A DNA stretch of 64,000 nt from the NCBI GenBank assembly GCA_036172245.1, contig JAYWIR010000041.1:1116001-1180000 (forward strand), written 5' to 3'. Shown in pieces: positions 54,001 to 64,000 of this stretch. The notes under the pieces were generated by a model that had not been told where the DNA came from, ran no database searches, and saw nothing but the letters and a program-made list of their open reading frames with translations. The stretch is from Raillietiella orientalis (Eukaryota). Positions within the stretch are counted from its first letter, which is position 1, and each line of letters begins with the position of its first letter. Position numbers and translations under genes: made by a program.

Positions 54001-55299
54001 TACGACCGATTCCCGGACCGCGCGCGCACCCCAACACGGACCTGGTGCTCCGGGAGATACAGTCCTGGCATCGGGAGCCTCTGCACTCCCCAACGAGCGG
54101 CAGCTGACGCCGCGTTCCTCCGCCTGCCAAGGACTGCCCGCGACCTCGAGCACGTGCGTGGGTCGTGGGCGAGTGCATCCCCTGGGATCTTCGGGTCCGA
54201 GGAAGCACGAAGCGTGGAGCGAATCCGACATTCCCAAGAAGCAGGCCGAGCGCACCGGGAAGCGAACGGCGGTCCCCGACATCCAGCGTTCCCGGACCAT
54301 ACGCCGGGAGCATCGGGCGGTCCGCAGTCCGTGAGGGAGCCGTAGCGTCGCCACGAGGACGAGCTGGGGAGAGCAGGCGCGCAGGGAAGCACCGGTGTGG
54401 CCCTTGGCACCGTTCATTTGTGCGCCTCCTCCTCCTCTTTTTTTTTTTTTTAACATCGATATGATTGACAAAATTTCGAATGCAGTAGCCCGTGGTACGG
54501 CGAGAAAGAAAGACAAACAAGGAAAAGAAATGGAAGTGCATGAATATCTTGGACGTCCCAGTTCAGATACGTCGGTTCGCGTGAAGGGAACACCTCGTGC
54601 TCAATCCCGGCAACAGCAGTTCGATGAGGCCGGCTAACGACGGCATCTTGGACCTTCATGTGTGATTTCGATGTCTTCGTAGGTTCGCGGTCTGTGCTTC
54701 GAGAACGTGAAGTTTTCCCTTTTCCTCTTCCCGCTCTTTTACTGGACGCTCTTCGCTAAGTGCTGCCTCGCGATGCCGCCGTGAAGCGATGAAAACCGCC
54801 GGGAGCATTCCTCCTTCCCGGATCCATTCCACACCGCACGTCCTCCCGTCTGCTTGTCATCTCACCTTTCCTTCATCCGATCCCGGCCCGGAGTTCGGAA
54901 CGCGCCGCGCGGCAAACGACCCGTGGGAGAACAATGGTCCAGTGGAATCAAAGATTGCCTTTCATTCGCCAGAAGATCGGGTTACACGTGTCAGCTGCGC
55001 AGTGGCGATAGCGAGGGCATCCACAGCGACTTGGGAGTGAATTAAAAAAAAATAAATTAAAGCGAAACGGCGTTCGAGCTTATCTGTGATGATTTATGGA
55101 CCACTTTACTGACTGCCTTCAAGTGTTTCAGAGGACGAATTCCTCTGCGTTGCCCGCATCTCTGAGGCAACACGCCGCATCCAGCGATTCGAGGAAGCTC
55201 GACTCTTTCTTCCCTTTTCCGCGAAGCGAGCGTTCGTCGGGGCAACACCCAAGGGAGGAGCAATCGGGAAGCCGAAGAGTACGCACGGCAGCGCATCAG

Positions 55300-56660
55300 C
55301 CGGGCGAGTGCGCCCAAAATCCGATCCGCCGCTCGGCGCTGCTCTTGAAAGGCGCTCGTTTGACGCTCCCGAACTCCGCAACGGGAATTTCTGTTTCCTG
55401 GCAACTCCAAACGATAAAAATCGTATCAATCTTCTTCACCAGGAGCGCTTCCTTCCGACGAATCCTTGATGGATCTCGCGGCAAGGGGATGGAAGGACGA
55501 TTAAAGCCGCCTTGTTAACTGCAAAGTGAATTCCAAGGGGGTTGCTGGCAAACCGTGTAATGGCTTATCGGGCGGGTTACTCCTGGCGTGCGTTTTCGCG
55601 GATCGAGGCCGCTGCCTCCCCACTCCGGCATTACGGCAGGGGGATTCCGGAAGATCACGGGAGCCGGTGGAACCACTGCCGGGCGTATGCGGCGATGCAT
55701 ACGGTTCCCGCCAAAAGAAACTTTCCAACCAAGGTGTGGCCGGAGAATTTTTCGGGAAATTCCCAGCCGACGTAGGGAGTTTACAGTCCCCCTCTGCAGC
55801 TTCCGAACTGGTCAGTGAGGCAGGCTGTCAGGAGAGCGAGCGCTGGCGGATTCTCCTCCTGCGAAGGGATGCGGAACATGGCGGTCTTCAGACAAACGCA
55901 AACGGAGGAACGAAACAAGAAAGAGGAGAGGGGGGGAAGCGGAAAGCTAAGTGCATCTGCAGGCTCAAGATTTCTCTGAGCCCACACTGGACAGGGTGAC
56001 CTTCGGGTTTCTCATTCCACTTCGAGCTGAGGACTTGCTGCTTCTGGCAGAACCGAAGGAATTTCGACGAAGGCCTCAGGTCTTGCGCTTCTTCGCTCGA
56101 ACTTTCGTACACAAAATCATCATAAGCAGGGAGTACAAACAAATCGAGAAGGGCAGTTCCTACCACCTTCCTTGCTCATTTCACAACCATCAACGCCACC
56201 ATTTTTTTTCTTTAAGATTTTCATGAGCATACCCGTGTGCGTCGATCGGTGAAAATGTATTTTTGTTTGTGCAGGCGGCATGCAATGATGGAGGTCCTTT
56301 CCATGCCTTCTGCCGCTGCTTCAAGGGCATTTTCCTACGTCTTCCTGAGAGCGACGATCCCTTAGTCACCAGTTGTAATGGGTAGCCTTGGTCCCGATGC
56401 TCGGTCCATTCTTCGCGGTGGGCATCCAACTGTCTTTTTACGTGTTTGTGTTTGCTGCCTCTTCCTGGGCTGCAGTGAGCGGCTTCTGGGTCCGTTGCTT
56501 CGAACGGAAACCAGCCAGCCATTGCGGCAGCCGCGCTCTTCACTCCGCACGAAGGCGCTGTTCCTCTTGCATGCGGTCTTCCGCAAGCTCCCATAGAAAG
56601 AAACCAACAGAGACCACACCTTCCGGAGTTCACCACCACCGGCATCCCGAGGATTCGGAA
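55300..56660 (-). mobile_element. Possible LINE remnant of another family (ORF1 knuckle and endonuclease start)
   Basis: CGLC...ACGRPHARG...C near 56620-56530, followed downstream by WN...GFNRP...KIDTIFI...QETE near 55535-55390. Confidence 0.4.
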
Positions 56661-56828
56661 GGCTACAGCGAACATCCCGGCCTCGCAAAGAAAAAGTCTG
56701 CCGCTCTGGAATTGGTCTGAAAGACGTGATTAGAGAGCGGGTGAGGCGAGGGCGAGTACTCGTGGCAAGGACGGTTGCGGAAACTTACTGGCGAAGAAAT
56801 GACCCAAGATCAGCGAAGGAGCCGGGAT

Positions 56829-57850
56829 GTTTATTTTGATGCAAATAAACATTGCCGAGAACTGCGGTTATACCAGCGGTACAACCACATGCAATTTAAC
56901 GGGAGTCTGCCGGATTGCCGGTACGCAGACCGGTGAGGTCCGCTACGACAGCAGACCCCGGGAGGGGGACAAACAAAAGGAAAAAAAAAATGAACAAATT
57001 GCAGGGGTGAGGGAAAAGGTCACTGTCTGCTGGCGGTGGTCCTCTCCATCCTCTGCTGGAAGCCGGCAAGATCTTGTTGGATAAGACTGTCCAAGTGGGT
57101 CATCTCATTGCCATCCTCATGAAGCGGATAGCAAAGTGGACGAGCATCCCCGCCGCTCGGGCATCCTCCTCTTGCGTCGCTTCATGCGGCGACGAAGCTG
57201 CGTAAACAGCAGAGGACTGTTGGCGTGGCTGCTGGCCGAAGAGCGTCGCGAACGAGGGGTTTCAGTGCATCTCTGGAGCTGCCGCTGGAGGTTCCTAGGG
57301 TCGCGGCGAAGCTTTCCCAGAGGGACCGCACCAGGGCAACACAAGCAGGTGCAGGAGGGATTCACGCTCCCCCACCTGGCACAGTTTGGGCCCACACACA
57401 CCCGCGTGCCCAGCGGGCGTTGCACGGGAGACCTCAGTGCAGCAGCAGCAGCGCCGACTCCTGCCAATTTAAGGGAGGGCTGTGTCTGTTCAGAAGCACT
57501 GGTGGCCACTTCAGGTCTTCCTCCGGAATTCCCAGTAGCTCGCCCCAGTGCAAAAAGTCTTCCTGGGGGGAGCACTTGGGGTCGCAGCTTCCGTGAACTG
57601 ACCCGACTGCCACTCGCCCAGTCCTTTTCTCCTTCCGGAGATATTCACCTTAACCTCCCATCTAGCCGCCAGACTGCTGCCCATGTGTTCCCTGAGGGAG
57701 GGCAGCGAGGAGTCGAGATGGATTAATACGAGCCAAAGAGCAGGAGAACCAACTCCCCTTCATCGAGGGGGGGAGCTGCTTTTGAGACGGGAAATCGGGT
57801 AACCAGGGAGTATCAGTTCCCCCTGGTCCCACCCATCAGTGCGAACTGGT
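56829..57850 (-). mobile_element. L1/Tx1-like LINE copy B (5'-truncated 3' end)
   Basis: 56872-57547 is about 97% identical to 48230-48903. Homology to copy C continues to about 57610. Ends AATAAAC on the minus strand (AATAAA at 56835-56830). 5' boundary approximate. Confidence 0.85.
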
Positions 57851-60800
57851 TCTTGCCGAAAAGTCCATCTGAAGAGCTCCAGAAGATCAGGTGGTTTGGC
57901 GTGCGAGAGGAAAATTGGAGCAGGTTCTTTCGTCATCCCGGGAAGAAAGGTTGCGGAAGACGAGAGAAAGCAACGTTCGGAGGACTTTTTCTTGAAAGAT
58001 TCCGGGGTACAATCGCGGCATCCACGGGGAGAAGGGAATTAGCCGTGGGGGCGGAGGAAGAAAAAACGCTCTCGTGGGAGTCGTTATCGGAAGAACCGGT
58101 GATGCCCGTAGAGGGAGCATAGCGGAAGTGGAAACGCGGCAAAAGGGGAACAGGGAAAGCCGACACGTACACCGCGTGTACGCAAAAAAAAAAAAAAAAA
58201 CCTTTTTTTCGGAACGAAAAGGCAGAAAAAAAAGAAACGATGATCGCGAAGATAACCGTGATTTTCTGCTCTCGCTTCCGAGGGCTGCTCTTCCGCGCTT
58301 GCCAAGGTCTGATAAATTGCATTCTCGGTCTGCTGGCACGGCACTCAGGGAAGGGTTCTTGCGGAGGTGGCAGAGCGTACGGGCTGAAATCAGCCCGCAT
58401 CGCGCTCCAAAGGTTCGGAGAAGAAGCGGCGGAGGGAAATGCGCGTGGGGAAGGAAAAAGGGGGGGGGGGGGACAGACAGCTGCCACCGGGCTGCAAACA
58501 AGGATGGATGGATGCTTGCGAAAGCGAGGCCGACAGAAACTCCTGCTCTTCCTGTTTGCGGTGGGCATCCGCCTCCGGCACGAGGCGGAGCGCGCGAAAC
58601 CAGATGTGCGCGGCGTACGCACGACCAATTAATTAGTCCCCGGGCGACCGAGTTAATCGTGAATTCTCCTTCCACATTCTCCCCCGTCCCTCCTCATCTT
58701 CCTCCTGTAATTCGTCGCTTAGCGTTTCTCGCTCGATCATCCCCTTTGCACTTGGCATCGGCGACCGTTCGATGAGCCGCTGTCTCCGGCCTTCCGTGAG
58801 GACTTCTGCCCAGGGTGTGCTCGAAACCCTGCAATTGCCTGCCTCCCGAACGCCCGCAGTGGCGCCAGGTTGAGTTCCGGGCGCGCCAAGAGGCCGGGAA
58901 GCCCGAATGGGGGTCTTCCGCTCCTTCCCGCCAGCGAACGTTGGCATCCGGCAAGCGATGCCACCGTTTCCAGGCCGGCGGTCGTGCCTGCGTCGCCCAC
59001 CTACCCCCACGGGAGAGCGGCGATCGGCAAGACACCGCGAACCCAGCCAGCAAGCACAGCCGCGTGGCAATCAACCTCGTCGCCCGGGCAACGCCGAGCC
59101 ACTGGGTAACCGGCGCCTGTTTCCGCTCGCAGATAATTTCCGCTCGCAGATTATTTATTTCGCTAAACTTCACCTCCCCCCCCCCCCCATCCCCTGCTCT
59201 CTTGTGCACAAACTCCTTCGGAGAACAAGGGGATCAACGTGGCCAACTAAAAGCAAAAATCCGGAGTTGCTAAAACCCTTAATTTACAGCTCAATCTTAC
59301 GCATTCCTGGAACAGGCAGTAAACTTTCCCCTCTGGACACCATCCATCGTATAATTCACAAACCCCCGGCAAGAGAGTCCATTTGCCTCTGAATGCACCG
59401 AAGAACGAATGCAGCAGTTTTCGCGCGCGCGCGTTTTCTGGATGACGGCAAAGGTTACTCTGCCGGAGTAATCCGTTGAGGGTGGAGCCTGGCAGCGGGC
59501 ATCGAAGAAGCACCAAAGCCTTTGAAATTCGATACCCGCAATGGCCGAACATCACAAACAGACTTCTCCCATTTCAGAGATTAGAATTTGGCTGCGGAAT
59601 GTTTGCTTCTGGGAACTTCGGCTGCCGAAGTGACAGGACATTTCACTGTTTTTTTTTTTTTTCCTCTCTGTCTCTCTCTCTCTCTCTCGCTTTCCCTCCC
59701 TGCCGAATCCTAAGAACAGTTTGAAAAAGTTCTCAAAACAACTCCGCTGTGAAAATCTGTTTTGCCGCCCATCCCCAGCAACGAGCCATACTTTGTCAAA
59801 AAAGAGTTTTCGGGCCTCCGAGTGTTGGTCTGTCCATGCCAAGGTTGCGGCAACAGCCGACGTACACATCAGAGAACCTCCCACGTGACATACACGGAAT
59901 TCTCCGCGAAGACGCCTTCTTCGTCAGCCCCTGCATGATTCGCACGTGCGCGTCTGTGTCGCGAAATTGGTTCCCGGGAGCACGAAATGCTCCGAGGATC
60001 TGCCACTCAAATCAGGCGAACCAGGCTGAAGCCATCTTGGGAGGACGGTGCGTGCACTTGGAAAACACCTCACCGTGTCTCTTCTCGTCCGTTCCGAACG
60101 GCAAGCGGCTCGGGGCTGGGAACCATCCCGGGGGTATACCATCCCTTCGGTGGTCTCTCCGTCCACTCGCAAACTCCTTCCTAGCTGGAGGAGAGCGAAT
60201 TGCCGACAGCATTGCCAATGAGGCTGGTCCTAGAGAGTGCTGAAAATCCGGGAATAACCTCCGGAAAAGCTGTGCTCAGGAGAGGAAGGAAACTTTCAGA
60301 ATTTCAAAGGACGAAAGGGAAAAAGGGAATTTCCCGGAACGCAACGGCTGCGCGTGTGTGGCTCGTGTGCAGATTTTGCTGTGCTTGCGCTGTGTGCACG
60401 GTGTACGGTAAGGTACTCTGATCTCTCACCGTCCTTTGATGGCAGGGAATACCCAGCTACCTCGCGTTCGGTCCTGCTGCCACCACCTTGCTGACGGGCA
60501 ACGTGGTAGAAGGACGGCGTGTGCGGGAAATTCGGCCTTCGGAGTTCTCCACGCCCTACGAGAACCTGCGGAGAGTCCCAGCGAAGATTGCGTATCAGAC
60601 GGAATTAGGAACAGCGGGAATATTCACACGGGCTAATCAGCTCCTGCTTGGGCTTGCTACTATCAATCAGGCACGCCTTCTCCGCAACACGACACTATCG
60701 TGTTCCCCCCTTTGTGCTTCGTGCAAAGATTTTGCCGAAAACTCTCTTTAAAGAGAAAAAAAAAAAGTGAACGATACTTTTATCAGTCATTCCGCATTGA

Positions 60801-61789
60801 ACTCGCAGGGCGCAGTGCAAGCAGCAAAAGAGCGCGCCGAAGTCTCGCAAGAAATGTGGGATAGCACCACAGAGCACGAGGGTTCTTCTCGTATTGTAAG
60901 GCGGCGGAAGAAACGCGAAGATGATTCGGTGACTTCAGCTTTTTGCAAATCGTCATTCGTGACAAATTGTGTGAGGCAATCTCAGGCATGCCAACCTTTT
61001 AGAAAAAAAGTGGAAGGTTTGGAAACTCGATGAATTATGAGCATCACGTGAGTCCCGACTCCCAGTGCTTCGGCCGACTGCAAACTTCGAGCAGCCGGCA
61101 GACGAACCAAAAGGGCGTCTTCTTCATTTCCCGTTTAGGAGCGCTTACGATTTAAAAGTTTCGCAACCCTCCAGAGATCGGTTGGGTGCGAAAAGAGCGC
61201 TAACAGTCTGATTCTGCTCGACATGCCTCAATGCTCTTATACTGTCCACTGTCGCTGTTACCGGGTACGCACGCAGGAGTACCAAACGCTAACCGAGCAG
61301 AGTGAGCGATATTTATGTGCCTGCGGAGAGTTTCCATCACTTGAGACGTGTTTTGTGATGCGCTGCATTTTTGTATGGCAGAATACTTTATGAATGCGAC
61401 GATTGCTGTTTTCTGGATTGAAAAGTCCGGAACAGAGGGAGTTCAGTGGTTGCGTCGGGTGGGTAAGACACGTGGGCGGACGGAATACGTTTCGTGAGCT
61501 TCGGCGATGTACTGCGAAAGCGTTCCATGGTTGTGGGGGATTTTATGTTTGTTTCTTTATCCGAGCTCGGGAAAAACGGCAAGAGGGGGCTTGCCGTTGT
61601 TGCCAAAGCACAGAGGATATGCCCACATGTTGGCGGAACCCTTACTGCGCGCACCAGAAGCGCACCTGCTTCAGGAACCGATGGGTGCCTCACGAGCAAT
61701 CCCCCTTGCGTGCGCAAAAAAACAACACATCCGGGTTGCTGGCTGTTCCCTCGATGCTTCCCGAGGAGTTCCCCCATGAGGGTCTTCGA

Positions 61790-62577
61790 GAACGCGGAGC
61801 CAGCTAACTGATGCTGCGACCCCGAGTACGCCTCCCAATGGACTTCTGCGCTGGGGAGCGCTGCTCGATGTTCCGATTCAACATCTGAAGTGGCCCCCGG
61901 TTCTTATGAACACCTCCACCCTCCCCTTAAAATGATAGGAGTCGGCTCTCCTGTTGCAGCACTGGGGACTCCCCTGCAACGCCCGTCGACACCACTGGAC
62001 CTGGGGAGCGGTGGACCCCAATTGTGTAAGGTGCGGGGAACGGGAGTGCCTCCCCCACCTCCTAGTGGATTGTGTTGCCCTTCGGCCCCTTTGGTTCCGC
62101 TTTGCCGCGGCCATCGGCATCCCTTGCGGCAATCCCAGGGACGCACTAAAAGCCTTCTTCGTTGCCGACGCCCCTCGGCCAGCGTCCTCGATAGCAGCCT
62201 TGTGCTGCCTTCGTGGGATCGTCGCCGCATGGAGCACGGCGACGGGAGGACCAAGCGATCAGGATGCCATCCAGTGCGCCTTCCAATTCCTGAGGGCGTC
62301 GCGATGGCCCCACCTGGATGTTCACCTCAAACAAGAGCTTGCCTGCATCTTGAGAGGGATGATGCGGCCCCAGCAGCATCAGTGATCCCTTCCCGTTCCC
62401 TCCCACCCTTTGTTTCTTTTTGTTTAGTTTTTTGTTTTTCCCCTTTCCCCTGCTGCCTTGGCGGACCGTACCGGTCTAGGAACCGGTGAATTGGTAGGCT
62501 CCGTGGTTCTTCGCTTGTGGCTGGAGCATTGCTACAGCCATTAATAATTTCATTATAAAGTTTATTTTCCAATAAAC
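61790..62577 (+). mobile_element. L1/Tx1-like LINE copy C (3' end of ORF2 and 3' UTR), inverted relative to A and B
   Basis: Frame 61954-62385 encodes HWGLPCNAR...DPNCVRCGERECLPHLLVDC...LW, a LINE C-terminal CCHC (zf-RVT-type). TGA TAG lies just upstream in frame. T-rich 3' UTR and AATAAA at 62571-62576. Clear homology to A and B. Confidence 0.88.
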
Positions 62578-63511
62578 GACCCGGAGAGATCCGGGTGAAA
62601 ATCGAGAACGCGGAGCGTGAGGCAACGAAACGCGAGTTCTTCGGCAAAGTTGCGGTGAAGAACGCCAAACCCTCCATCGCTGGCCCCTTGCGTCCTCGTG
62701 CACGGAGACGCTTGCTTTTCCGAGATCCCCCGCTGGCGACGCATCGAAAAGTCCTAAATGCCTTCCCTCCTCCCTTTCCTCCTCCTCCCCAGGAGCTCCG
62801 TCGCTATCAGATCCGTTCGGAAAAGTTCAGCTGTTCACGGCTTGGACGTTTTAACATCGTTTTAATCCGACATTAAGATTTCTCGATAGGAATGCGAACG
62901 CTTTCCTACCCGAAGAGCGAAATCCTTCTTTGATTCTAATAGGGGGAGTCTTAGAGAGGGAGAGGGAGAGGCAGGGGGGGGGAGAGGTTCCGTGCCTGCA
63001 CGGGAGGGATCATTCAGACTCCTGCGCGCGTATTTAGCTGGAAGCTGTTGTGAGGAGCAGCGAGGAGGATGCCGCAGCTCCCCATGCGGGAAGGCATCAT
63101 CATCCGCTCCGCGGACGAAACGTGCGAGCGAGCAGCGAGTCGCTACGGTCCAGATGCGAAAACGGCGCGGTTTGTTTCGTGAGAGTCCGGCGCCCGAGCC
63201 GTTCTCAGTTCCGAGGTCACACCGAGGTCTCTCGTTCCTGTTCCCCTCAATCTCGGAAGGGGAGGTGCTCGGTTGAGAACGTCCTGCGTCTCGCCGCTTC
63301 CTAGAATGGCTGGAAAAACGAAAAAAAAAAAAAACATCGCAGGGCTTCTCCGGGAATGAGAAACCCACGTCCACCCGGTCCGTGTGCGAACCCAACGACC
63401 GCTCTTCGGTGCCCTCGCGCTTCTGAACGCAACCATCTCCTCTCCACTTGGAGGATGAACCGCGTCGCGGAAATCGGGGGAAGCTCTCTCATGTTAGGGC
63501 AACTTCTGCAG

Positions 63512-63550
63512 TGCGCCTTTTGCGCGAAGACTCACGCGAATGGCATCTGC
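63512..63550 (+). mobile_element. Isolated gag zinc knuckle, BEL/Pao-type spacing
   Basis: CAFCAKTHANGIC fits CX2CX3HX4C exactly. Confidence 0.45.
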
Positions 63551-64000
63551 TGCCAGCTGGACCCAGGATTCACTCTCAGCCACCAGCATCTTCCTAGGTT
63601 TCCCTGTGTACTGGAATGTGTAAGGGTTCCCCGCTGAGAATGCATACGATTCAGATTCTTCAGTCTGCAGTGCGTGGAGGAGGAGGCTACCCGACAGGGT
63701 ACACAGAACCTGGTCGGGTGGCGTGGTCCACGGATGAGCCACGCGATGAAGGCGATTCACCGTGACGTCAGCTCTTCTCCTCTTTTTGTTTGCACGCAGA
63801 TTAATTCGGCTCGAGGATAAGTGCACCGTTCGGGACCGTTCCGTTGTCAGCGACGGCATCGTCTGAAACAAATGAGCGCTCAGCGACGAGGTCCGCCTGC
63901 ACAGGAACGGCGCTTCCCTGACAGCTAAGCGGAAATGAACTCGCGCGGTCCTGGATGGAGTCTCCGGGCGCATGATGATGATATTATGTGTGAATCCTCT

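Noticed and set aside
1..64000. CRISPR arrays, rRNA, operons or a prokaryote-type system
   Set aside because: No regularly spaced repeat-spacer array or rRNA signature was seen. The sequence is spliced eukaryotic DNA.

Overview
Animal, most likely arthropod, nuclear DNA. Positions 509-5011 hold the first four coding exons of a minus-strand plexin-B gene (signal peptide, Sema domain, first PSI domain). The gene continues off the left edge. One of its introns is GC-AG, and a 6-codon uORF ends 1 nt before the start codon. From about 5 to 28 kb the sequence looks like one long 5'-UTR intron: microsatellites and homopolymer runs are strand-biased, and a candidate promoter and first exon lie near 27.8-28.3 kb. 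From about 28.5 to 64 kb I see no host gene, only decayed transposons: several L1/Tx1-like and CR1/L2-like LINE relics, Gypsy-like and BEL/Pao-like fragments, and a long-TIR MITE. I found no convincing new biological system. The most unusual signal is two dead LINE copies 8.6 kb apart that are about 97% identical over about 675 bp, share the same disabling mutations, and have a diverged 3' tail, which suggests ectopic gene conversion. Transposon calls are by-eye motif recognition across frameshifts, and their boundaries are approximate.
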